This document shows, piece by piece, positions 29,439 to 38,820 of a stretch of DNA of 64,000 nt; position 1 is the stretch's first letter, and each line of letters opens with the position of its first letter. The DNA is from a virus (taxonomy: Duplodnaviria > Caudoviricetes). Under the pieces are notes generated by a model. That model saw only the letters and a list, made by a program, of their open reading frames with translations, was not told where the DNA came from and made no database searches. The translations under genes were made by a program, and so were the position numbers. The stretch lies in the IMG/VR virus record IMGVR_UViG_3300031088_000782, positions 245,535 through 309,534 of that record; one strand, given 5' to 3'.

Positions 29439-29640
29439 TTTCTTTTCTCCTTGTTGTTTATCCGGCGTGGAAGCTACCCGGAAAATTTACTTATTCCTTA
29501 TTACATTTTTAATCTACTATACATTTTACTAAAAGTCAAGCAAATTCGTAAATATTTTTTAAAATTGACTAATTGACATTTGGAATTGTTTACTGTAACA
29601 TTATTAATGAATAGACATTTATATAAGGAGACGGTTAATA

Positions 29641-29955
29641 ATGTTTAATGAAAAGTTTGATGTGAAGAAGCTCAATGAGTCGGCTAGCGGTTTTATTGAA
29701 GGCTACAATCACAACAAAGAGAATTTGTATCATGGTAGTGGCGCATCTTTTGAAGAATACTCTAATGCCATAATTTCAGCAATCAATGATGCTGTTGATA
29801 AAGGAATGGATGAAGTCACTGTGAAGGCACCGAAAACGTTTGATGAAGCGTTCGAAAGGTTTTTTCGCGTCATGCTTCGTAGCAATGGAATTCAAATTGC
29901 GATGAATTCTCGAACTGGAAACATTTATTACTGGGGAGATAAGCTCCTGAAGTAG
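29641..29955 (+). CDS. hypothetical protein
   Basis: AAGGAG RBS; promoter 29573. Confidence 0.6.
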   Translation: MFNEKFDVKKLNESASGFIEGYNHNKENLYHGSGASFEEYSNAIISAINDAVDKGMDEVTVKAPKTFDEAFERFFRVMLRSNGIQIAMNSRTGNIYYWGDKLLK

Positions 29956-30043
29956 TTGATAAAAATTGATTGAACAATTGCTTAAATTTAATTCTTATGA
30001 TATACTTGAATTTGAATGCATTGTGAAAACAAACAATAAATAG

Positions 30044-30415
30044 GTGGATTTTATGATTGAAGTTTCTGAACAAGTGACTATGGTGACAGTGAATGGAAAA
30101 GAGTATCCAACTCGATTGTATAACGGTGTTCAAAGGTTTGTTCCGAATGAAGTTGTTCAATACATGAATGATACCGTTCTTGATGCTTTTATGGACAAGA
30201 AAGATACTCTGGGTGTCGATTTGAATTCTCTCGGAATCAAGTTGCTCAAAAGAGAACTTCCTTTGCAAGACTATATTGAATATTTGACAATGATTGGATA
30301 TAGCGTTTCTGGGTTCTGTGACGCGGTTTATAGTATTGTTGAACTTAACGACCATATTTTCCAAGGTGATACAAAAGACTGGTTCACTATTGAAAATCCG
30401 CTGTGGAATAATTGA
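30044..30415 (+). CDS. conserved phage-type hypothetical protein
   Basis: GVQRFVPNEVV...DLNSL...IGYSVSGFCD. Confidence 0.65.
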   Translation: MDFMIEVSEQVTMVTVNGKEYPTRLYNGVQRFVPNEVVQYMNDTVLDAFMDKKDTLGVDLNSLGIKLLKRELPLQDYIEYLTMIGYSVSGFCDAVYSIVELNDHIFQGDTKDWFTIENPLWNN

Positions 30416-30438
30416 GAATCTGTTAAGGAGAAGAAATA

Positions 30439-30648
30439 ATGAACCCTTTTGATAAAACTCGTCCGGGTTATGACCTTCATGAATTTTTTGCTGATGAATT
30501 CGCATGTGCCCTGTTGATGCCTGCTGAGGATATTTTAAGGTGTCGAAAGCATGGCATGACACCTGTGGAATTGTCTAAGCGTTATGATGTTCCTGTTGAT
30601 GCTGTCATTGCTTGGCTAGAACGTTTGGACAGGCATCCTCCTGAATAG
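30439..30648 (+). CDS. stand-alone ImmA/IrrE-like C-terminal fragment
   Basis: EFFADEFACALLMP...ELSKRYDVPVDAVIAWL; no HExxH; AAGGAG RBS. Confidence 0.6.
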   Translation: MNPFDKTRPGYDLHEFFADEFACALLMPAEDILRCRKHGMTPVELSKRYDVPVDAVIAWLERLDRHPPE

Positions 30649-30746
30649 TGAATAAGGAATATCTAGAAGATAATAGGTTAAGAAATATTTCAACAAACAG
30701 TAATGTTGAAATAAATTGAGAAAGTAAAGTAAAGGACGCTAAAAAT

Positions 30747-31091
30747 ATGAGTGATGACAGCAATGAATATGTTCCGACAGAGGAAGACCTTGTTAGAGGT
30801 TTCCGTGCTCCTTGGCACTCTAAACCATCAAAAGAAGAGAATGAATCTTTTGCTGAATACATGGCTCGATTGAGTATTGATTCTTTTGAGGCTGGAATCG
30901 CTGATGAAAAAGCAGCTCGACGTGGGGTAGCGAAAATCAAGGCCGATGCACTAAGAGATTGGGCAAAGTTTCAAGAAGATGTTCTAGAACAACATTCTTA
31001 TGCCGCTGACGAAGAAGATTATGAAGAAGTTCAAGCTTGGACAAACGCTGTTCGTATTTATGCTGATGAGGTTGAAAAAGGAAACAAATGA
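30747..31091 (+). CDS. hypothetical protein
   Basis: 114 aa, AAGGA RBS. Confidence 0.6.
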   Translation: MSDDSNEYVPTEEDLVRGFRAPWHSKPSKEENESFAEYMARLSIDSFEAGIADEKAARRGVAKIKADALRDWAKFQEDVLEQHSYAADEEDYEEVQAWTNAVRIYADEVEKGNK

Positions 31092-31135
31092 TTGAAACTA
31101 TTGATTTATTGCTATTCTTATGTTAAGGTGATTAT

Positions 31136-31630
31136 ATGTTAGATATTGATGAAATTTTAGAGAAACATAGAGACCAGAAATGGGGAATCTACCCTTATTC
31201 TGTGCATCTCGAAAACGTTGCCCAATTTGCTGAATACTTCAACAACCTTTATGGGAAAAAAGAGTTCGACCCGATTGTTGTTGACCTGGCATCTTACTCT
31301 CATGATTCGGTTGAGGACACTGATGTTGTTCCTGAAGAACTTGATGAACGGATTCGGGATGCTGTTGTGCTTGTATCCCGAAATGTTTCGCAAGGGGATC
31401 TGTCTTATCAAGAATATATTCAGATGATTGCTGATAGTGGAAATCGTTTGGCTATTCTTATCAAGTTGAGTGATGCTTTAGCGAATTATCTTCTGTCAGA
31501 GAAGAACGAGAGTTCTATCATTGTTCGCTATCAGAAGAGTCTCCCCGTTCTGTTTAAGGCTTACACTAATCAGGAGTGGGATTTCAATGGCGACTGGCGA
31601 CACGACTTGTCTTTGCTTCTCCCTGAATAA
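31136..31630 (+). CDS. HD-domain hydrolase, RelA/SpoT (Mesh1/SAH)-like
   Basis: H..Q....PYSVH, SHDSVEDT, IKLSDALAN. Confidence 0.75.
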   Translation: MLDIDEILEKHRDQKWGIYPYSVHLENVAQFAEYFNNLYGKKEFDPIVVDLASYSHDSVEDTDVVPEELDERIRDAVVLVSRNVSQGDLSYQEYIQMIADSGNRLAILIKLSDALANYLLSEKNESSIIVRYQKSLPVLFKAYTNQEWDFNGDWRHDLSLLLPE

Positions 31631-31845
31631 CAAAATTTGATTGCAAAAATATTTGACAATATTCCATGCTCCATCTAATAAAGTCTATCGTATCTTATTC
31701 AGACATGATGGGCTTTATTGTTTTTCGTGTAGATTGTAGAAAGTCTTTTGGTAAGTTTTTATTGACAAAACAATGGCTGTTCTGCTACCATTGAGGAAAG
31801 AAGCGATATACAAACGCAAAATGGCATGACAAGGACATTGAGAGG

Positions 31846-32124
31846 TTGAGCAATATGAATGAAAACAAGATGATGGACAACAAGGCAATTCTTGAAGTGT
31901 TCTATGTCATGGAGGGGCGCGGGATTGAGCCGGGAAGTTTTACGCGACATCTGATTGAAACGATTGCTAAGGCTGATGCCACTAACAAGGGCAAGCTGGC
32001 TCTCGTCTACCCTGAATATGTTGAGGTTGTTTCAGCCTACCAAAACAGTGCTGAACTGTATGATGAAATGGTTGGGCAAGTGTTTGAAAACATTGCTGAA
32101 AACTATGGCCGAAACTCTGACTGA
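31846..32124 (+). CDS. hypothetical protein, paralog of 26691 C-terminus
   Basis: EVFYVMEGRGIEPGSF...KADATNK...VVSAYQNS. Confidence 0.7.
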   Translation: MSNMNENKMMDNKAILEVFYVMEGRGIEPGSFTRHLIETIAKADATNKGKLALVYPEYVEVVSAYQNSAELYDEMVGQVFENIAENYGRNSD

Positions 32125-32177
32125 CAACATGAAAGTATGAATCGTCAGAATCGTTTGTGAGAGCAAAAACCGCTTGC

Positions 32178-32290
32178 TTCAATACGGTGGCTCTCAAAAT
32201 AGGGTTTTTCGAAAATCTTCTCCAAGACAGCCAAATCGCCACCTGAAAACACGGCATAAAACCTAATGTTTTCAGGTGGCGTTCTCATTT
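32178..32290 (-). repeat. Copy B of dispersed repeat; perfect 14-bp IR (32237-50/32268-81) around 17-bp core
   Basis: Flanks match reverse complement of copy C. Confidence 0.85.
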
Positions 32291-32471
32291 CAATTTTAAG
32301 CCTTTTTGAGAATGCCGATTTTTCTCTCATTTCGCACAGATTTTCGATGAGGAGTGTGTTACGCAATGCCCTCATCATCTACTGAAAACAACATATTATC
32401 TCATTCTTGTTGAACTTTTGATAAGCTGAAAAGTAATATAAATTAGAAAGATTCGAGAGAATGGAAAATCA

Positions 32472-33214
32472 ATGGAAAATTACGATAACTTTATGGATTT
32501 TCTTCTTAACGCTACTTTAATTGTTGGCGCAATCTGTGGTTTTGTACTAATTGTGGCTTCCTACTTCACTTGGGGGAATAACAGAGAAATAAAGAAGATT
32601 AATTCTGCCACAAAGAAACGTCATCCTAATCCAAATGGTCTTCACGTTTATAATGACAAAATTCGAACACTTGAAAGAAGAATAGAATTTAAACTTGAGA
32701 GAAAAGATGGAACAATTACAAATGAGATTCACGCTCTATATTCTGAAATGACTAAAAAGCTCTCTCTTGGAAAGTTGTTCACCATGATCGAATTGATTTT
32801 GAGACTATTGTTAAAAATTCAAAACCTATCAAAACCTTAGACCAAATGGCAAAAGATGCAAGAAATAGAATGATTGTACAAAACAGTTCATTAAAGATTT
32901 CTACTCTTGCTCTTGGGGGAATCTCGAATGATAATACACCTGCAAGAAAAACCATTCCTAACCTTCAACCAAAAATTAACGAAGTTGAGAAAAAACTTGA
33001 ATTAATCAACAAAGACTGGAAAGAATACGAAAAAGAGGTTGGGCACTATAACACTGACAAAGAAGTTAAAGAATTGTTCGTGAATCGTAGAGATAGTCTT
33101 TCTGAAGAGTTGTCAAATTTGAGGAAGCAAGAGCAAGATGAGCTTCAAATGATTGAGGAAGAGAAAATTCAGGAAGCGCATTTGCGAATGTTCAACAAAA
33201 TGTATAACTACTGA
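32472..33214 (+). CDS. TM + coiled-coil protein split by -1 frameshift near 32753-59 (ORFs 32472..32840 and 32846..33214)
   Basis: Frame of downstream ORF is open back to ~32756; fusion resembles 40533/46695 family. Confidence 0.55.
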
Positions 33215-33453
33215 TTTGTTTAAAATTTTTCAAACTGGTTAACTCTCTATTTCTTTTCTGCTGTTTTCGTTATTCTCCTCATAGAGCGATTTCATGCGAT
33301 TAGAACGTTAATTTCTCTCTATGTTGATAATCTATTTATGAACTTTTGGCGAATTTTTTGTTTGTAAATTTTTCGTAAAGCAATCATATAGATAAGTGAT
33401 AAGAGAGTTTAAAAAGTTTTGATGCAAATGTTTGACAGAATGGGAGACAGTAG

Positions 33454-34200
33454 ATGGGTGCTGTTGTGGAATGGTTCATATGGCTGACTATTGCCTTCAT
33501 CGGTATTGGAGTTATACAATTTGTTGTTCAATCTCGAAGAACATTGGTAATCCCTGTGAAATTAAAAAGTCGACAAAAGTTCAACAATTTTTCCCCTGAT
33601 GACTATTTGCTGAACGTCAATGAAGAACAGTTCAAAGTCATTGCCAGTATCGTTGATGAATCACATCCGAACAAGTATCGTAGTATGACTATCACATGGA
33701 ATTACACAACACCTTCAGGAAAAACCTCATACACTGATTCTAAAAAATATGATTTCTCTGAATTGACTGATTATGTGAAAAAGATTGGGCCTACGTTCGA
33801 TAAAGGAAAGAAACGAGTTAAAGCGTTGAATCGTTTCTATGATGAAAGAATTCGCAAGGGCAAAGAGGTTGATGATGGAGTTCCAAAAATTTATTGTTAT
33901 ATGATTTATGGTCCTGACCATAGAGGGTTGATTAAGGTAGGTTTCGCAAAGGGTAGTGCATTCAATCGCATCAAGAATCAAGTGAAAACAGCGGCTCATT
34001 TGAAAGTTGATTATGAGGTGTTGTTTATTATGCCAGCTATCTGTGTCAATGGCAAAGAGTTCAAAGACCATAAGGTGCATAAGATTTTGCGTAACTCTGG
34101 GGTTAGTAATCCGTTTGGGGAATGGTTCAGATGCTCCCCTGACATAGCGAAAAAAGCTGTTGAGTCAGCACAGATGAATTTTCCTAAAATTGCACTCTGA
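33454..34200 (+). CDS. T5orf172/GIY-YIG-like domain protein with N-terminal TM
   Basis: IYCY, IKVGFA...NRI, HKIL, GEWF; TM at residues ~5-25. Confidence 0.7.
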   Translation: MGAVVEWFIWLTIAFIGIGVIQFVVQSRRTLVIPVKLKSRQKFNNFSPDDYLLNVNEEQFKVIASIVDESHPNKYRSMTITWNYTTPSGKTSYTDSKKYDFSELTDYVKKIGPTFDKGKKRVKALNRFYDERIRKGKEVDDGVPKIYCYMIYGPDHRGLIKVGFAKGSAFNRIKNQVKTAAHLKVDYEVLFIMPAICVNGKEFKDHKVHKILRNSGVSNPFGEWFRCSPDIAKKAVESAQMNFPKIAL

Positions 34201-34242
34201 TAATTCCGATTCAATTTTCTCAATGGTTTTTGCTGAATTGCC

Positions 34243-34272
34243 TTGACAAATTTTGTTCAACTGTTATATAAT
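34243..34272 (+). promoter_or_regulatory. sigma70/SigA-type promoter
   Basis: TTGACA-18-TATAAT. Confidence 0.65.
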
Positions 34273-34312
34273 ATTTTTAATAGGTAATTGTGCAAAGTTT
34301 GAGAATTGAAAG

Positions 34313-34756
34313 GTGAATGGATTGAAGAAACCAAAGAGATTGAAGAACGATGATTATGTAAGTCCTGATGCTGATGATGGAACTATTGTTGAAAATCTGA
34401 ATTCGTTCAATGATGCTTTGGTGGGACGTAGGGTTGTTGCTGTGGAGCGAAGCAAGTCATCTGGTCGTATTTATCATTCTGGTTCTGTTACTGCTTTCAC
34501 TTTGGACGATGGTTCTCGTGTTGAGTTGAGTGATACTGATGATTGTTGCGCTTACACTCAAATGGAAGGAATCATTGAGAAGCTTCCTGACATTACTCAC
34601 GCTATTACTGGTGTGGTGTCATCGGATGGTTATCAGAATTGGCATATCATGGCTGATTTTGGTGAGATTATGGAACTGAAAGTCGGATGGTCTTCAGGTA
34701 ATCCATTCTATTATGGTTATGGGTTTGACATCAATGTTCGCTCTATCAGTGATTGA
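34313..34756 (+). CDS. conserved phage-type hypothetical protein
   Basis: DTDDCCAYT...GWSSGNPFYYGYGF. Confidence 0.65.
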   Translation: MNGLKKPKRLKNDDYVSPDADDGTIVENLNSFNDALVGRRVVAVERSKSSGRIYHSGSVTAFTLDDGSRVELSDTDDCCAYTQMEGIIEKLPDITHAITGVVSSDGYQNWHIMADFGEIMELKVGWSSGNPFYYGYGFDINVRSISD

Positions 34757-34820
34757 ATGCAATGTTGAAAAATTTTAAAAAGAACTGTTTTTAACAATTG
34801 TGCATAAATAGGTCAAACAG

Positions 34821-34855
34821 AATGCCCGGATCTTGTTTTATCAGATCCGGGCATT
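34821..34855. terminator. 13-bp IR between convergent genes
   Basis: aatgcccggatct/agatccgggcatt. Confidence 0.7.
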
Positions 34856-34887
34856 ATTTATGTTGTCATTTGTTCATCACAATGGTG

Positions 34888-35394
34888 TTAGATTCGCTTT
34901 TTCTTGATAACTTTGACCGCGAGCTTCTTTGCGCTTGATGAGCAATTCTTCTGGTAACGCATTACACTCTTTGGGCTTCCCATTTTCTGTGCCATGCAAT
35001 CCGCGAGTGCTTCTACTCCGCCGTATCCTTTGCGCCCAAACATTTTATTGGCTTTGTTGGACAGCTTGTAGAATCCGCTGGGGCTTGCGAATTGAAGCAT
35101 GTGTGAGCATTCGTGACGAGCGGCATACTTACGCATTGTCACACTCTTTGAGTTGAGTCGTTTACTGAATAGTAAAGTATTTCCCGAGGCGAGCGCGAGG
35201 ACACCTGAACGAAGATTTTGATTTGACTTGAATTTGTAGCCTTTTCCGCAATATTTTTTGACATAGGACTTGTAGGTGCTTGCGCTAACGGCTTCTGCTG
35301 GTGTGGGGGCTGTGATAGCACCACCGAAAGCAATGAAGAGAGCCATAATCGCAGCAATGAGATATTTGGTGCTCTTAGATACAGTTGTTTTCAT
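34888..35394 (-). CDS. secreted basic HExxH (zincin-like) protein
   Basis: Signal peptide ending TPAEA; ARHECSHMLQ; EALADCMA. Confidence 0.7.
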   Translation of the reverse strand: MKTTVSKSTKYLIAAIMALFIAFGGAITAPTPAEAVSASTYKSYVKKYCGKGYKFKSNQNLRSGVLALASGNTLLFSKRLNSKSVTMRKYAARHECSHMLQFASPSGFYKLSNKANKMFGRKGYGGVEALADCMAQKMGSPKSVMRYQKNCSSSAKKLAVKVIKKKRI

Positions 35395-35692
35395 TTGTTG
35401 TCTTCCTTAATGTTTGTGAATGATTTGTCTAAGTTTGACAGTGTTTCATCCTGTTTGAACGGGTTTCGTTGTGTTTCTATAAGGATTCTATCAGTGTTTT
35501 CAGCATATATCAAACGATTCACACAGTTTCACAAAAATTTCGGTAGTTTTTCAGTAGTTTTGAATATGAGTCAGTAGTTGCCTGTCAGATAGGATTTTTG
35601 GTCAAAAGTTGATGAATCTGCTTGATTAATTTGTTTGAGTGTTGTATTATTATAATAATAGAGAAATAGTTAAACAATGATTTGAGAAGGAT

Positions 35693-35905
35693 TTGATGAA
35701 AATGGCTCAGCGTTATTACGATTCGCATGATTTTACGAACAACACGAATGAGGTTTTGAGTGTGATGCTTGAACCCGGTGAAATTGTTGAGGTTCGTAGC
35801 GGTTCACGACCTCTTGATGTTTCTCGTTATTCTGGTGAAGAGTTTGGTTATGAGGTTGAGGTTAGCCCGAATGAATCAATGAGAACGATTAAGTTTGCCG
35901 ATTAA
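35693..35905 (+). CDS. hypothetical protein, paralog of 13647..13836
   Basis: LEPGEIVEVRSGSRPLDVSRY.G.EFGYEVEV. Confidence 0.7.
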   Translation: MMKMAQRYYDSHDFTNNTNEVLSVMLEPGEIVEVRSGSRPLDVSRYSGEEFGYEVEVSPNESMRTIKFAD

Positions 35906-35932
35906 TCCACAATCATTGACTATATTTGATTG

Positions 35933-35975
35933 ACGAAATTTCCCTAATACTTGTTGAATATTAGGGAAATTTCGT
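35933..35975. terminator. 17-bp IR
   Basis: acgaaatttccctaata/tattagggaaatttcgt. Confidence 0.7.
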
Positions 35976-36051
35976 TTATGGGTAGAAAAATTGATTATTC
36001 GCTGATATAGAAAAACGTTTTAAATCCGTTTTCTTTGTAGGGGTGTTTTTC

Positions 36052-37074
36052 GTGTCATCTTCTGTTCGTTATCATATTAATCCTGAAACTGGCAATGCAA
36101 ACTTGTGTCGTGCTGATTTTGGTAACTGCCCTTATGAGAAAAACAATTTTGAAGAACATTACGCAACAAAACAAGATGCACAGAAAGCTTATGAAAAGAG
36201 AATGGAAAACCCGATTAGTGAGAATAGCCGATTAATGAAAATTCGCGGAAAAGTTCACCAAACTATCATGAATAGATTAATGGATCATTCTGAATCTACT
36301 GCGTTTTTGTCAAAAGATAAAGAACATATTTCATCAGTTTATTTACGTAATAGAATAGATGATTTTTTGAGTTCATATTCTCCCAATGGTGTTGATGATT
36401 CGGGAAGATTGGACACTACTCCATTAACAATAAGGGCACCGAAAATTTCTTATACCGATGAAGTGATAGTTGGATTTGAGGGAGTGTATGAAGATATACG
36501 CAAAGACTATCCTGAATTATTAAATGACATGAACACTGCTGGCGAAAAATGGATAGACAATTGCTCATCAGATGAAGCATGGGCGGTTTACAAATATTCT
36601 TGCGATTCTACCGAATATGCTGAAACGTATTCGCAAAATGATAATGTTTTTGCTGAAAATTTGAACAATGCTTTGACTAAGGCTCCCAAGTTTTCTGAAC
36701 CTTTGACAGTGTTTTCTGGTTTATCGTACCAGGCAAGAGATTTGGTCATGGATCAGAACCCTACTGTTGGTTCGGTTATCAATATAGATAGAGTGCTTTC
36801 AACATCTGTGAATCCTGCACAAGCGAACGGTTTTATGCGCGGGGATTTTCTTTCTAATGGAGAAATTGTTGATGGTAAAAAAGTTGCTTTGAAGATTATT
36901 GCTGATAGGGGAGGCGTAATGAGTTCTGTCAGTCGCCATCAGGATGAGCTTGAAGTTTTACTGCCAAAATCGGATTATGAAGTTGTTGAGATAGAGCAGA
37001 ATAAAGAATTAATGTGGGGCGAAGGAAAAAGAGGGATGGTTGCTGACGTTATTCTCACTTTGCGCATGAAATGA
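36052..37074 (+). CDS. ADP-ribosyltransferase-like protein with N-terminal His/Cys module
   Basis: YHINPETG...CRADFGNCPY...HYAT; VFSG (Arg absent), LSTS, ELEVLLP. Confidence 0.65.
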   Translation: MSSSVRYHINPETGNANLCRADFGNCPYEKNNFEEHYATKQDAQKAYEKRMENPISENSRLMKIRGKVHQTIMNRLMDHSESTAFLSKDKEHISSVYLRNRIDDFLSSYSPNGVDDSGRLDTTPLTIRAPKISYTDEVIVGFEGVYEDIRKDYPELLNDMNTAGEKWIDNCSSDEAWAVYKYSCDSTEYAETYSQNDNVFAENLNNALTKAPKFSEPLTVFSGLSYQARDLVMDQNPTVGSVINIDRVLSTSVNPAQANGFMRGDFLSNGEIVDGKKVALKIIADRGGVMSSVSRHQDELEVLLPKSDYEVVEIEQNKELMWGEGKRGMVADVILTLRMK

Positions 37075-37157
37075 ACTATCCATTGGCTAACTAATCAAAC
37101 GATCTTGTTAGCGAAACGTTGTCAATCACAATGAAATTAGAGCATCATTTTTTTCTA

Positions 37158-37186
37158 TTGACAAAATACTTATTTTCTTATACAAT
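37158..37186 (+). promoter_or_regulatory. sigma70/SigA-type promoter
   Basis: TTGACA-17-TACAAT. Confidence 0.7.
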
Positions 37187-37228
37187 TGAAGCATTATATA
37201 AGAAAGATTAAACAAAAAAGGTTATATT

Positions 37229-37522
37229 ATGGCTGAAGTTTTTCGTGTTCCCGTTCGAGTGAAGCTTCTTGATGAAAATTATGTTCGAGTTTTTGTTGAT
37301 GCATATAGCCCTGATACGCCTGTTGATCTCCACATTGATTCTGCTCCTGATTTTGTTGTTTCAGCACTTCGTGAATCTTCTGCTGATTTCATTGTTGCTA
37401 CCGCAAGCGTTTCTCTTGATGCTCCTGACATTAGCGGAATGTCTATTGTCTTTGATAAAGTTGTTCCTGTTCCAGCAGATGCGGAATTCTTTTCAAACAT
37501 TTCAGAAGATCTTGATTGGTGA
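37229..37522 (+). CDS. hypothetical protein
   Basis: Promoter 37158, AAAGG RBS. Confidence 0.6.
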   Translation: MAEVFRVPVRVKLLDENYVRVFVDAYSPDTPVDLHIDSAPDFVVSALRESSADFIVATASVSLDAPDISGMSIVFDKVVPVPADAEFFSNISEDLDW

Positions 37523-37569
37523 GTCTCTTCCGAAAACTCGAACATAATAATTTTTGGAAGTGTTTCTAT

Positions 37570-37598
37570 TTGACAAATTTTACTTAATGTTATACAAT
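37570..37598 (+). promoter_or_regulatory. sigma70/SigA-type promoter for AAA gene
   Basis: TTGACA-17-TACAAT. Confidence 0.7.
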
Positions 37599-37646
37599 AG
37601 ATTCATCAAATGATTATGAAATAATTGAGAAAGGGTAGTAACGAGT

Positions 37647-38777
37647 ATGGCTATTACAGTGAACAAGATTCAGAGTTACATGAAGAACGATTTCAATGTT
37701 CTCATTTCCGGTGAGGCTGGAACGGGTAAGACTCACATGATTCTCGGTGCCGCTAAGAATCTGGGGCTGACCGTCAAATACTACTCTGCCTCTACTCTTG
37801 ACCCTTATGCTGACCTGGTGGGTATTCCGGTTCCGCAGAATGATTCGAAGAACATTGAGTTCTATCGTCCGCGTGACATTGATGAAGCTGAGGTTATTGT
37901 CTTTGACGAGTTGAACCGTGCTGATTCAAAAACTTTAAACACGGTTTTTGAGCTTGTTCAGTTCCGTAGTATCAATGGTGAAAGGTTGCCGAAGCTTCGT
38001 TGCGTCATGGCGGCTATTAACCCGAATGACGGAAACTACACTGTTGATGAACTTGACATGGCGCTTGTGGATAGGTTTGACGCTTATCTGCAGTCCGAGC
38101 CGTCTATTGATATGCCTTATTTCAAGAGCGTGTTCGGTGCTGATGTTGCGAAGGCTGTTTCAACATTCTGGAACGATTACGAGAGGAACCGCAAGAATTC
38201 TTCACGTAATTCAAAGAACACTATGGCTTACATTTCGCCACGTCGTATGGAAAAGATTGTTTCAACATTCTTGAAGCTTCCATCGCAAACAACTATTGCT
38301 GAGACACTTCCTCCTGATGTGAATATTTCGCCAAGGGAACTTTACAATGTGCTGAATGGTGCTGTGAATGGGGCTTCCAAGAAAACAGCTAGCAAGGGTA
38401 AGGCTGCTAAGGGCACGACAGCGAAGAAAAAGGTTTCTAAGAATCCTTCTGCTGTTCAAGCAATCATGGACTATGGGGCAAAGGTTCGTCACGCTCCTAA
38501 GCGTAAGGCTTTGATGAATGTTCTGGTTCATGACAAGACTATTTCTGATGCTGACAAGCAGACTCTTGTGTCGTTCGCGGTTTCTCACCTTATTTCTGGT
38601 GTCGGGGTGGATAGCCTTATCAATGAATGGTCACCTGTTTTGGAGCGTATGAACGCTAATGATACAAAAGTCTTGACTCAGACTTGGGCACGTCAGAAGA
38701 AAATTGACTTTGACTACAAGATTCGATTGAGTTCGTTGAGCAATTGGGCTGACATTTCAAAAGCAATTGTTTTCTGA
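37647..38777 (+). CDS. AAA+ ATPase (MoxR/dynein-related type)
   Basis: GEAGTGKT, IVFDELNRA, AAINP, ALVDRF, ISPR. Confidence 0.85.
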   Translation: MAITVNKIQSYMKNDFNVLISGEAGTGKTHMILGAAKNLGLTVKYYSASTLDPYADLVGIPVPQNDSKNIEFYRPRDIDEAEVIVFDELNRADSKTLNTVFELVQFRSINGERLPKLRCVMAAINPNDGNYTVDELDMALVDRFDAYLQSEPSIDMPYFKSVFGADVAKAVSTFWNDYERNRKNSSRNSKNTMAYISPRRMEKIVSTFLKLPSQTTIAETLPPDVNISPRELYNVLNGAVNGASKKTASKGKAAKGTTAKKKVSKNPSAVQAIMDYGAKVRHAPKRKALMNVLVHDKTISDADKQTLVSFAVSHLISGVGVDSLINEWSPVLERMNANDTKVLTQTWARQKKIDFDYKIRLSSLSNWADISKAIVF

Positions 38778-38791
38778 CAGTTAGCCAATCA

Positions 38792-38820
38792 TTGACAAAT
38801 CCCTGATGCCATGCTATTAT
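38792..38820 (+). promoter_or_regulatory. sigma70/SigA-type promoter for vWA gene
   Basis: TTGACA-17-TATTAT with TGn. Confidence 0.65.
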
